Source of the DNA: a virus
Virus record (IMG/VR): IMGVR_UViG_3300042945_002173
Direction: 5' to 3' (one strand)
Length of the DNA stretch: 64,000 nt
Part shown: positions 28,628 through 38,038 of the stretch, in pieces
Position numbering within the stretch: the stretch's first letter is position 1
How the letters are laid out: each line of letters starts with the position of its first letter
Notes under the pieces: model-generated
What the model saw: only the letters and a program-made list of their open reading frames with translations
What the model was told of the DNA's origin: nothing
The model's database searches: none
Made by a program: the position numbers and the translations under genes

Positions 28628-29856
28628 TGAAAAGTTTTTTCCAATTTTTAACAGAAACAACTGCTTCCCAACAGGCAGCAAGACTTGGGTTGCAAGGTGA
28701 TGGGCACGGCGGATGGTATGATAGAAAAACGGGAGAGTTTGTCGCAAAGACTGAAAAAGGTAGGTTGAAGTTTTATAATAAGCGTCAAGGAATTGGTAAA
28801 GATCCTGCTCAGACAGAGACTGAAAAGAATATCTCAGATCCAAATTTTGTAGATCCCGTATTACAACAACAGCAAGCACCTGCTCCTCAACCAGTTGCTC
28901 AGGAAGCACCACCTGTAAATTTCCTTCCTGTTGAAAAGACAAAAGGAACATTAACGATTGCATTTGGTCGTTTCAATCCTCCACATCTGGGACATCTTCA
29001 ACTGATGGATACTGCTGCTGCATCGGCAGAGCAAGAAGGTAGTGACTATATGATTATTCCTTCTCGTACACAAGATAAGAAAAAGAATCCCCTTGATGCT
29101 GATACAAAAGTTGCATTGATGAGATCAATGTTCCCTCAGCATAGTGAGAGAATTGTAAATGATGCCAACACCAGAACTATTTTTGATGTTCTTAAAAAAG
29201 CACATAATGATGGATATACGAATGTGAGAATCGTTGGTGGTGCCGATAGAGTGAATGAATTTAACAAACTTGCCAATAATTACAATGGAAATCTTTATGC
29301 CTTTGATAATATTGAGGTAGTTTCTGCTGGTGACCGAGATCCAGACTCTGATGGTGTTGAAGGTCTTTCTGCATCCAGAATGCGTCTTGCTGCTGCTGAA
29401 GGTGATTTCAAAACATTTCGTTTAGGAATGCCACCAGATATGAGACCAAAAGATGCAAGAGCAGTTTTTGATACTGTTCGTGCTGCAATGGGCATTCAAG
29501 ATCAGGTTGCAGAAGTTTGGGAGATTGCACCTAAGTTTGATCAGGGTACTTTGCGCGAAAACTATGTTAGAGAAGCAATCTTTAAGATTGGGCAGTTGGT
29601 TGAGAATCTAAATACTGGTCTTATTGGACGCATTATACGTCGTGGAACTAATTACTTGATCTGTGTCACAGAAGACCATATTATGTTTAAGTCTTGGATT
29701 AAGGATGTGATGGAAGCAAAACTTACAAATAGAAGTGGTGTTCCTGCTGATCAAAGACTTGTTGGAACTGATGCATATCGTGAATATGTTGAGACGATGG
29801 TTCCTGGACGTACTTGGGGAAGACAATTCATAAATAAGTATAGAAAAAGTAAGTAA
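28627..29856 (+). CDS. HIGH-family nucleotidyltransferase ('cytidyltransferase') with capsid-targeting-like N-terminus
   Basis: FGRFNPPHLGH, VGGADR, SASRMR; starts MKSFFQFLTE. Confidence 0.8.
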   Translation: MKSFFQFLTETTASQQAARLGLQGDGHGGWYDRKTGEFVAKTEKGRLKFYNKRQGIGKDPAQTETEKNISDPNFVDPVLQQQQAPAPQPVAQEAPPVNFLPVEKTKGTLTIAFGRFNPPHLGHLQLMDTAAASAEQEGSDYMIIPSRTQDKKKNPLDADTKVALMRSMFPQHSERIVNDANTRTIFDVLKKAHNDGYTNVRIVGGADRVNEFNKLANNYNGNLYAFDNIEVVSAGDRDPDSDGVEGLSASRMRLAAAEGDFKTFRLGMPPDMRPKDARAVFDTVRAAMGIQDQVAEVWEIAPKFDQGTLRENYVREAIFKIGQLVENLNTGLIGRIIRRGTNYLICVTEDHIMFKSWIKDVMEAKLTNRSGVPADQRLVGTDAYREYVETMVPGRTWGRQFINKYRKSK

Positions 29857-29870
29857 TCAATCTTTCCCCA

Positions 29871-31862
29871 ATGAGTAACAATATTTTTGAGGAACTTCCA
29901 TCCAGAAAAGGTGGTGAAGCAAAACCTGGTGCAGATGCTGCTGCTGGCATTGAAAAGAAGGCAAGACAGCTTGTTTATGATTCTCGTTATGAAGTTAAAA
30001 AAATGTTAGCAGGTAAAAGAGCGGATCCTGCATCGCAAGAAAGAATGGTTCTTGGAAGAATTGCTAAATCAACTGCAATTCCTGCTGTAAAGGCAAGAGC
30101 AAGACAAATGGTTTCTAAGAAAGCCGCTGTTGCGGAAGATTTTATTCCTATGATGGAAGATGCTGCTGCAATTAATATTGCAAATGCAATGTTTAAGGTT
30201 TTTGTTGAGGGTGTTGAAGAAATTGTTCCAGATTACTTAGAGGAACTGCACGGACTAGACGACAAGAAATATAAGATTAGAGTTACAGATCCTAAGACTG
30301 GAAACTCTTATGTCAGATATGGAACTCGTGAAAAAATCACTCAACTTAGATCAAAAGGTCTGAAAGTTGAACTCACCGAGTATGGTGAACCAAGAGAGGG
30401 AGAAAAAAAGAGAGGTGAAGAAACTGCACGTGCTACCGGTGGTGGACGCCCTGGTGGTAAAAAACCAAAACTAGATCCAGTTGGCAAGGAAGATAGTGAT
30501 CCAGACAATGATGGTAAGCATAATGATCCAAATGACAAGTACATTATGAAGCGTCGTGCTGCAATTGGTGCTGCCATTGAGAAGAGAAAGACAGTTTCTT
30601 CTTCTTATGAAATGGATGGGCAGATGATTGATGAGAGTGAAATTGGTGATAGAGCAAGAAGAGTTGTTCGTGATCAGCGTCAAGGAGTTCATGGTGATGC
30701 TGATGATATCAAACAAAATATGGATGCGATTAATCTAAATCTTTTGAAGATGAGACCATATGGAGTTAAAGGATTTCCATCTGTTAAAAAGGACACTAAA
30801 AAAACTACACAAGTTGCTCATTTTGAACCAGAGGGTAAATTAGTCGAATCTAAAAAATCTAAGAAGCATAAAAAAACATCCGAACCACGCTGGCAAGATA
30901 GTGATGGTGATGGTAAATGGTATGAACCTGGTGAAGATGTAAAAAAAGAAGATTATCTGTGGGCTGAAGGAACTGATAGTACAGAAGGTCAAGGTAAGAA
31001 AATAAATCCAACCAAAGTTGACAATTATTCTTCTGGTGTTGTTAAAATTTCTCCAGAAGATGGAACTCAAACTATTTCAACTGGACCAAAAGCAGTTTAT
31101 GCACATACTGAACTTGAAGGTGAACTGATTTCTGAAAAAGCAATGAGTAAAGCACAACAGCGTTTTATGGGAATGGTTTATGCCCGTAAAAAGGGTGAGA
31201 TGAAAAAAGGTGAGGCATCACCTGAGGTTGAAGCAGCAGCAAAAGGTATGACCAAGAAAGAAGCAAAGAAATTTGCTAAGACAAAGCACAAGGGTCTTCC
31301 TGAAAAGATTGAAGAATCTGGATATTTTCCATCTAAAGAGTCTCAGAGAGCAGATGAGAAAAAGTATGCATTAAGTCGTGATGGTATGCCAGGACAAGTA
31401 AAACACAGAACAGTCAAAAATCAGACTAAGGTTAATGAAGAGCAGTGCTCATCCGAAGACGAAAAGAAGAAGGACACTCGTGGCGATTATGCAAAGATTA
31501 ACTTGATCAAGAATAAGTTGAGGGCGATGGGTGCTAAGAATCCAATCGTAATGGTTGCTAATGAGAATGTTGAGGCAGGTCCAATTCTTCCTGGTGAAAA
31601 AGGTAAGAGAGTTTATCCAAAGGGCCAAGAACCAAAGGCAACTGGTGCAAAACTTCCCCCCCTTCAAAATGCTGGTTTTGAACCAACAGGTAATGTAATT
31701 TCTGAAAGAGATGATGAACCAGGTGAAGAGGATTGGAGACCAGATGTTCGTGCTCATAATAAAGCAGTAGGATATCGTGGTGGGTATAATAAGTATAGGG
31801 GAACTCGTAAACCAAAACCAGAAAATCCTGGACCTGGATCACAAGCTAAACCAGCAGATTGA
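29871..31862 (+). CDS. Large mosaic late protein (DUF3008-like repeat; probable virion protein)
   Basis: CATAAATA upstream; SKAQQRFMG...KKFAKTKHKGLP; LDPVGKEDSD.DNDG; repeated (H/F)EPEGxxISE linkers. Confidence 0.55.
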   Translation: MSNNIFEELPSRKGGEAKPGADAAAGIEKKARQLVYDSRYEVKKMLAGKRADPASQERMVLGRIAKSTAIPAVKARARQMVSKKAAVAEDFIPMMEDAAAINIANAMFKVFVEGVEEIVPDYLEELHGLDDKKYKIRVTDPKTGNSYVRYGTREKITQLRSKGLKVELTEYGEPREGEKKRGEETARATGGGRPGGKKPKLDPVGKEDSDPDNDGKHNDPNDKYIMKRRAAIGAAIEKRKTVSSSYEMDGQMIDESEIGDRARRVVRDQRQGVHGDADDIKQNMDAINLNLLKMRPYGVKGFPSVKKDTKKTTQVAHFEPEGKLVESKKSKKHKKTSEPRWQDSDGDGKWYEPGEDVKKEDYLWAEGTDSTEGQGKKINPTKVDNYSSGVVKISPEDGTQTISTGPKAVYAHTELEGELISEKAMSKAQQRFMGMVYARKKGEMKKGEASPEVEAAAKGMTKKEAKKFAKTKHKGLPEKIEESGYFPSKESQRADEKKYALSRDGMPGQVKHRTVKNQTKVNEEQCSSEDEKKKDTRGDYAKINLIKNKLRAMGAKNPIVMVANENVEAGPILPGEKGKRVYPKGQEPKATGAKLPPLQNAGFEPTGNVISERDDEPGEEDWRPDVRAHNKAVGYRGGYNKYRGTRKPKPENPGPGSQAKPAD

Positions 31863-31898
31863 TAAATAAGCCAGGACACTCTTCGCACGGAGGCCATT

Positions 31899-32072
31899 AT
31901 GGGCGCAGTAGTAGCAGTGGTAAAACCACTTCTGATTCAGATTGCGACACACCCAGCAGTTAAAAATCTTGTTGTTGAACTTTTAACTAAGTATGTAAAA
32001 TCCACTGATAATAGTATTGATGATGTGGTTCTTGAATTGGTTAAAGAGAAACTCTTTACACCACAAGCATGA
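31899..32072 (+). CDS. Small conserved protein (TDN.IDD motif), not in the ORF track
   Basis: GATAAATA late promoter, GGAGG SD; MGAVVAVVKPLL...STDNSIDDVV. Confidence 0.6.
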   Translation: MGAVVAVVKPLLIQIATHPAVKNLVVELLTKYVKSTDNSIDDVVLELVKEKLFTPQA

Positions 32073-32233
32073 TTACTTGCTTTGTAACTAACTGGGGAGT
32101 AACCATTGTTCTTGGTCTATTACTAACTGCTTCCGAGTGGTTAGCAAAAACAAAAAGATTTGAGGAAAATGGATTACTTGATTTAACAACAAATTTTCTA
32201 AGATTAGTTTTACGTAAAGGAGACCAAAAGTAA
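32069..32233 (+). CDS. Small membrane protein (54 aa), not in the ORF track
   Basis: MITCFVTNWGVTIVLGLLLTASEWLAK...; ATGA overlap; terminator 32218-32248 follows. Confidence 0.5.
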   Translation: MITCFVTNWGVTIVLGLLLTASEWLAKTKRFEENGLLDLTTNFLRLVLRKGDQK

Positions 32234-32286
32234 AGGTCTCCTTTTTTTATAAATATCAATATAAAAGAATTATAGGGTAAGGAAAC

Positions 32287-32847
32287 ATGTCTCTTTGGGG
32301 CAATAAAGATTTAGTTGGACAGGCTGGAACCGTTCAAATCAACCTTTCAACAGAAGTTATCACTGGTACTGGAACTACTTTTGCTACTACTGGATTTACT
32401 GTAAGTGAAGGTGATGTTATTGTAGTTGGTGCTGGCGCAACCTATGGTCACGCAGTTATCTCATCTGTAACAAGCAACACTATTGCATCGATCGCAACAA
32501 CTCAATATTTGATTCCACACCCAACAACTGGAATCATCACAGCAGCATCTTATTTCATTACACAAAGACCTATCTATTCAATTGAAGATTCTGTTTATAA
32601 AGCACCTGATGCAAAATCAAACAGATATTCTTCAGTCTTTGGTGTAGATACGGCTGAGACGACAGTTGCTGGTGTAACCACAGTTGGTGGAAAGGCAGGT
32701 GCTTATAAAGTTGCTCACGCTGGTTGGGTTGGAGTTACTACATATACTGATATGCACGGTAACTTCAGAGTTAAGTCTGAAACGTTAGTTGCTGGAAGTA
32801 TGATAACTGGTGACGCCGTTGATGACACCAGATTCCCAGACGCCTGA
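32287..32847 (+). CDS. Conserved late/virion protein
   Basis: TATAAATA upstream; MSLWG...HAGWVG...RVKSETLVA. Confidence 0.6.
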   Translation: MSLWGNKDLVGQAGTVQINLSTEVITGTGTTFATTGFTVSEGDVIVVGAGATYGHAVISSVTSNTIASIATTQYLIPHPTTGIITAASYFITQRPIYSIEDSVYKAPDAKSNRYSSVFGVDTAETTVAGVTTVGGKAGAYKVAHAGWVGVTTYTDMHGNFRVKSETLVAGSMITGDAVDDTRFPDA

Positions 32848-32856
32848 TAATATGGT

Positions 32857-33228
32857 ATGAGATTTGACGAGTTGAATGAGAGTAATTATTTACTCTTTGC
32901 TATAAAATTCTACAATAATCCTCAGGCAGTCACCAGAGATGATTTTGAGGCAGATCTTAAACGTATTCGTTATATTAAAAGATTGCTGAAAAGATATAAA
33001 AATACTGGTGAGTTGAAGGTTCATTTAATATTGAATCATCTTATCATCTTGTTTAATGTATTTGATGATGCGACAGTTCCTCTTCTTTTTTATCATCTAG
33101 AACAAGATCTTTGGCCAGCAATTAAAAGTTTTTTGGTTTTTCTGAATCGTATTCCAGAATATCCGAGAACTAGAATTAATGAAATTGATTTAGATGATAA
33201 TTGTTTAAAACAACTGCAAACAATCTAA
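32857..33228 (+). CDS. Conserved T4-like hypothetical protein
   Basis: FAIK.Y.NP...DLKR..YIKRLL..Y...GELK..LILNH. Confidence 0.65.
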   Translation: MRFDELNESNYLLFAIKFYNNPQAVTRDDFEADLKRIRYIKRLLKRYKNTGELKVHLILNHLIILFNVFDDATVPLLFYHLEQDLWPAIKSFLVFLNRIPEYPRTRINEIDLDDNCLKQLQTI

Positions 33229-33431
33229 TGGATATCGAAAGAGTTATTGATATTGTTCGTACTCTTAAAGAGGAAAACGGTGGAATGAGTCTTGGTGCTG
33301 GGCAGATTGCTGGAACAGTAGAGGCAGGTGATGATCCCCCAGTTGATTTAAGGAAAAAAAATGCAAGAGGTTGGAATATCTTTTTTAGAGGTCTTGTAAG
33401 ACAAAATCGTAAAAAGAAAAGGAAGTCCTAA
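33228..33431 (+). CDS. Hypothetical protein
   Basis: TAATG-coupled; AGDDPPV motif, basic tail. Confidence 0.5.
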   Translation: MDIERVIDIVRTLKEENGGMSLGAGQIAGTVEAGDDPPVDLRKKNARGWNIFFRGLVRQNRKKKRKS

Positions 33432-33432
33432 A

Positions 33433-33789
33433 ATGTTCGGCAATAATTCTGAGGTTCAACTAGCCGTGCTTCAAGAAAGATTTAAAGCACATGAGCAGAT
33501 TATCGATAAAGTTGATACTGCTATTCAAACTCTAAGTGAGACAAATCAGAATATTTGTAAAATGCTTGCCGTTCATGATGAAAGAATAAGTGTTCAAGCA
33601 AAAGTAGATGAAGATATTTGTAAAAAAGTTGATGATATTGAATTAAAGGTTGATGGATTATATAAATTTAGGTGGCAAGCTGGTGGAGTTATTGCTGTAA
33701 TAGTTGCTCTGATTGGAATCATAAATGCATTTGTTCCCAGACTATTGACTCCTGCCCCTGCCCCTGCTACAATAGAACGAACGAAGTAA
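33433..33789 (+). CDS. Coiled-coil protein with C-terminal transmembrane helix
   Basis: MLAVHDERI; hydrophobic AGGVIAVIVALIGII. Confidence 0.6.
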   Translation: MFGNNSEVQLAVLQERFKAHEQIIDKVDTAIQTLSETNQNICKMLAVHDERISVQAKVDEDICKKVDDIELKVDGLYKFRWQAGGVIAVIVALIGIINAFVPRLLTPAPAPATIERTK

Positions 33790-33801
33790 TATCCTTTCAT
33801 A

Positions 33802-34773
33802 ATGGATTTGGTTGATTCCAAGTATATTGGATTAGTTTCATCACGCCTACAAAAATTTAAGAGGGTCAAAGCGGATCTCTACAACTTCCGCTGTCCTATC
33901 TGTGGGGATTCCCAACGTAATAAAAACAAGGCACGCGGATATATTTACGCAGTGAAGAACAATACCAACTTTAAGTGCCACAACTGTGGCGCTAGTTCGT
34001 CCTTTAATAACTTTCTAAAAGAGATTGACCTTACACTTCATAAGCAATACACACTTGAAAAGTTTAAAGAAGGGCATACTGGTAGAAACTTTGTTGTTGA
34101 AGAACCAAAGTTTGATTTTAAAAAACCAGTATTTAAAAAATCACTGGATTTACCAAAAGCATCTACTAATCCAGTTGCAAAAGAATACTTGGAGAAGAGA
34201 AAACTTGATCCAGAAAAGTTTTACTTTGCTAACAAATTTAAAGAGTGGACTAACTCTCAAAAAGAAACTTTCGACACTATTGGTAGGGATGAAAGTCGCA
34301 TAGTTATACCAATGTATGATAAATCCGATAATCTTATTGGTTTTCAGGGAAGAGCACTAGGTCCAAACTCTGTTAAATATATCACTGTGATGCTTGATGA
34401 GGAGGCACCGAAAATTTATGGACTTAATACAGTCAATGAAAGACTACCGATCTACGTGGTTGAAGGACCCTTTGATAGCACTTTCGTCAACAATAGTGTG
34501 GCTTTGTGTGGTAGTGACGGTGATGTTCGTTGTCTTGAAGGAAGCAGTATTGTTTTTGTTTACGATAATGAACCTCGCAATAGAGAAATTGTCAATCGTA
34601 TTGCCAAATGTGTATCAAGAGGGGAAAAGGTCGTCATCTGGCCAACAGGAATCGTAGAGAAAGACATCAATGATATGGTCCTTGCTGGACACAACATTAT
34701 GGATGTGTTAAAATTAAATACCTACTCGGGTTTAGAAGCAAAAATTAAGTTTAACAACTGGAAAAAAATATGA
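33802..34773 (+). CDS. g61: DNA primase gp61
   Basis: CPICGDS, CHNCG, EGPFDS, DNEPRN, KDINDM. Confidence 0.95.
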   Translation: MDLVDSKYIGLVSSRLQKFKRVKADLYNFRCPICGDSQRNKNKARGYIYAVKNNTNFKCHNCGASSSFNNFLKEIDLTLHKQYTLEKFKEGHTGRNFVVEEPKFDFKKPVFKKSLDLPKASTNPVAKEYLEKRKLDPEKFYFANKFKEWTNSQKETFDTIGRDESRIVIPMYDKSDNLIGFQGRALGPNSVKYITVMLDEEAPKIYGLNTVNERLPIYVVEGPFDSTFVNNSVALCGSDGDVRCLEGSSIVFVYDNEPRNREIVNRIAKCVSRGEKVVIWPTGIVEKDINDMVLAGHNIMDVLKLNTYSGLEAKIKFNNWKKI

Positions 34774-37070
34774 GTAACGGCACCAAAGTTATCAAGAGAG
34801 ACGGTAAAACTGAACTTCTTGATTTGAATAAGCTCCACGTTATGGTGGAAGAAGCGTGTAAAGATCTTGCTGGAGTTTCTGCAAGTCAAGTTGAAATGCA
34901 GTCTGGTATTCAGTTCTATGATGGTATTACAACAGCAGAAATTCAGGAGATTCTAATTCGTTCTGCTTCTGACTTGATCGATTTAGATCACCCTAACTAT
35001 CAATTCGTCGCTGCTCGTCTGCTTTTGTTTGCTCTACGCAAGCAACTGTATGGTCGTATGCACGAATGTCCAACAGTAAAGCAACATGTTCTTCGTGCCG
35101 TTGGTAGGGGTGTTTATGACTCCGAAATCCTTGATTTATATACCGATGAAGAATTTGATAAACTTGAGTCGTTTATCGATCATAGTCGTGACTACTTGTT
35201 CACGTATGCTGGACTTAGACAAGTAGTAGACAAGTATCTTGTACAAGACAGAAGTACTGGCGAACTTTATGAAACGCCACAATTTATGTACTTGATGATT
35301 GCTGCGACTATTTTTTCAAAGTATCCAAAAGAAACACGTTTAGAGTACGTGAGGAAGTACTACGATGCAATCTCCAAGCACAAAATCAACATCCCAACAC
35401 CTATCATGGCGGGAGTGCGAACACCACTTAGACAATATGCTAGCTGCGTCCTTGTTGATGTTGATGACACCCTCGATAGTATCTTTACTAGCGATATGGC
35501 TATTGGCAGATACGTTGCACAGAGGGCGGGGATCGGCATCAACGCTGGTCGCATCCGTGGCATCAACAGTAAAATCAGAGGGGGAGAAGTTCAACACACG
35601 GGTGTTGTACCATTTCTCAAGAAGTTTGAAGCAACTGTCAGATGTTGCACGCAAAATGGCATACGAGGTGGATCCGCGACAGTACACTTCCCAATCTGGC
35701 ACCAAGAAATAGAAGATATTCTAGTATTGAAAAATAATAAAGGAACTGAAGATAATCGTGTTCGTAAGTTAGATTACTCTATTCAAATCTCTAAACTGTT
35801 CTATGAACGATTCATCCGCAACGAAGAGATTTCCCTCTTCTCGCCCCACTCAGTTCCTGGTCTGTATGATGCTTTTGGAACTGATTCTTTTGACGATTTA
35901 TATGTACGTTACGAACGAGATCAGTCTATTCCAAGAAAGACTATCGGAGCTCAAGAATTATTTCTAGATTTGCTCAAAGAACGTGCAGAAACTGGTCGTA
36001 TTTACATTATGAATATTGATCACTGTAACTCTCACTCATCTTTTATTGATAAAGTTGAGATGAGTAATCTGTGTCAAGAAATTACTCTTCCCACTAAACC
36101 ACTTCAACACATTGATGATATTGATGGAGAAATTGCTCTTTGTATTCTTAGTGCCATTAATGTGGGTAAAATCAAGAGTAATGACGATCTTGAAGTTCTT
36201 TGTGATCTTGCCGTTCGCTCCCTTGATGAACTTATTGATTTTCAGGGATACCCCGTCAAGGCAGCAGAAATCGCCACTAGGGCACGACGTTCTCTTGGGG
36301 TGGGTTATATTGGTTTAGCACACTATCTCGCCAAGCACGGCGAGCATTATGATGATCCTGGTGCCTGGAAACTGGTACACGATCTCACTGAAGCGTTCCA
36401 GTATTATCTGATTCAAGCAACTGTAAACCTTGCAAAAGAAAAGGGTGCCTGTGAGTATAGTCACAGAACCAAGTATGGGCAGGGAATTCTCCCAATTGAT
36501 ACATACAAGAAGGACGTTGACGAAATCGTCCCCAACGAGTTAAAATATGATTGGGAAGGTCTTAGAGCACAAGTTAAACTATATGGAGTCAGGAACAGCA
36601 CTCTGTCCGCACAGATGCCATCGGAGAGCAGTTCCGTTGTGTCAAATGCCACCAATGGCATCGAACCTCCTAGGGGATACTTGTCCGTTAAGAAATCGAA
36701 GAAAGGACCACTTAAGCAAATTGTCCCACAGTATCAAACTCTTAAGAACAATTATACGCTTCTTTGGGATATGCCTAGCAATCGTGGTTACATTCATATT
36801 GTTGCTGTTATGCAAAAATTCTTCGATCAAGCGATTTCTGGAAACTGGTCATATAATCCAGAAAATTATCCCGATAATGAAGTTCCTACTTCAGTAATGG
36901 CGCAGGACCTTCTTATGTGCTGGAAGATGGGATGGAAAACAGCATACTATCAAAATACTTATGACCACAAAACTGATGAGGTAATTGAAGAACCAAAACA
37001 AGACCTTCAATCACTTCTTAATGATATTTTGGAGAGTGATGAATCTTCGTGCGATAGTTGCACCATTTGA
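34770..37070 (+). CDS. nrdA: Ribonucleotide reductase class Ia alpha subunit
   Basis: ATP cone, PTPIMAG, SNLCQEI, MPSESSS, C-terminal CDSC. Confidence 0.97.
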   Translation: MSNGTKVIKRDGKTELLDLNKLHVMVEEACKDLAGVSASQVEMQSGIQFYDGITTAEIQEILIRSASDLIDLDHPNYQFVAARLLLFALRKQLYGRMHECPTVKQHVLRAVGRGVYDSEILDLYTDEEFDKLESFIDHSRDYLFTYAGLRQVVDKYLVQDRSTGELYETPQFMYLMIAATIFSKYPKETRLEYVRKYYDAISKHKINIPTPIMAGVRTPLRQYASCVLVDVDDTLDSIFTSDMAIGRYVAQRAGIGINAGRIRGINSKIRGGEVQHTGVVPFLKKFEATVRCCTQNGIRGGSATVHFPIWHQEIEDILVLKNNKGTEDNRVRKLDYSIQISKLFYERFIRNEEISLFSPHSVPGLYDAFGTDSFDDLYVRYERDQSIPRKTIGAQELFLDLLKERAETGRIYIMNIDHCNSHSSFIDKVEMSNLCQEITLPTKPLQHIDDIDGEIALCILSAINVGKIKSNDDLEVLCDLAVRSLDELIDFQGYPVKAAEIATRARRSLGVGYIGLAHYLAKHGEHYDDPGAWKLVHDLTEAFQYYLIQATVNLAKEKGACEYSHRTKYGQGILPIDTYKKDVDEIVPNELKYDWEGLRAQVKLYGVRNSTLSAQMPSESSSVVSNATNGIEPPRGYLSVKKSKKGPLKQIVPQYQTLKNNYTLLWDMPSNRGYIHIVAVMQKFFDQAISGNWSYNPENYPDNEVPTSVMAQDLLMCWKMGWKTAYYQNTYDHKTDEVIEEPKQDLQSLLNDILESDESSCDSCTI

Positions 37071-37080
37071 CAAAACTATA

Positions 37081-37112
37081 AAAACCTATTATTATAAATA
37101 GTAATAGGTTTT
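37081..37112 (+). promoter_or_regulatory. Hairpin enclosing a late promoter upstream of the homing endonuclease
   Basis: AAAACCTATTATTA-TAAA-TAGTAATAGGTTTT with TATAAATA across the loop. Confidence 0.65.
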
Positions 37113-37122
37113 AATAATATCT

Positions 37123-37806
37123 ATGTCTGGACGCATTTATCTAATAACCAATAAAATCAATAATAAAACTTATGTTGGAAAGACAATGAACTCTTTGAAA
37201 AAAAGATTTTATAGTCACTGCTATGATGCCACTAAAAGAAGTTCAACAACATATCTTCATCGGGCAATTAGAAAGTATGGAAAAGACAATTTTATTATTG
37301 AAGAAATTGAAAAATGTGAAGATAATTTAGGTTTTAGAGAAATGTTTTGGATTTCTAAATTAAAACCAAAATATAATCAAACTCTTGGTGGTGATGGAGG
37401 AATTCTTGGATATTCTCATACGAAAGATACAAGAAAACTTTTATCTTTAAAAAGAAAAGGAAAGTTTGTGGGACATAAAAATTCATTCTACAATCAAACA
37501 CATACCGAAGAACAAAAAGAAAAGTGGAGTAAAATGAGAAAGGGACAACCATCTCCTTGTGGATTTGCTGGAAAATCACATAAAGAAGAAAGTAAATCTA
37601 AAACTTCTCAAACACTAAAAAACAATCCAAACATAAAAAGAACCAAAGTATTCCAGTATGATATTGAAGGAAACTTTTTAAGAGAGTTTCAATCTATTAG
37701 TGATGCTGCTAAATTTGTAGAAACAAATCCTTCTAACATTAAATATACCTGTGAAGGAAAATTCAATCACTGTAAAGGATATAGGTGGAGTTATGTTAAA
37801 ATATAA
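37123..37806 (+). mobile_element. Free-standing GIY-YIG homing endonuclease (NUMOD3 + NUMOD1) between nrdA and nrdB
   Basis: IYLITN..N.K.YVG, AIRKYGKDNF, YNQTLGGDG, QYDIEGNFLREF.SI.DAA. Confidence 0.88.
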
Positions 37807-38038
37807 TAGACCTATGAACTTCTTTGAGAAACTCCAAGTTGGTTGGTGGTGGATTGGAGAAATCTTTGATGAATGGTGCTATACTATGAGAAGTGAAGAC
37901 GGAGAGTTCTTTAACTATCTTCAAAGTGATTATGTTGCTTATGAAGAAGAAATGTATTATGAAACCCAAATATTTTTTGGAGGTAAATAGAATGTGTAGA
38001 ATTTTTCCAAAAGTTAATTTAAACGGAGGAGGAAGATT

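Noticed and set aside
28627-29856. Nucleotidyltransferase as a CCA-adding enzyme for the CCA-less tRNAs
   Set aside because: It has HIGH-family motifs, whereas CCA-adding enzymes belong to the Pol-beta superfamily.
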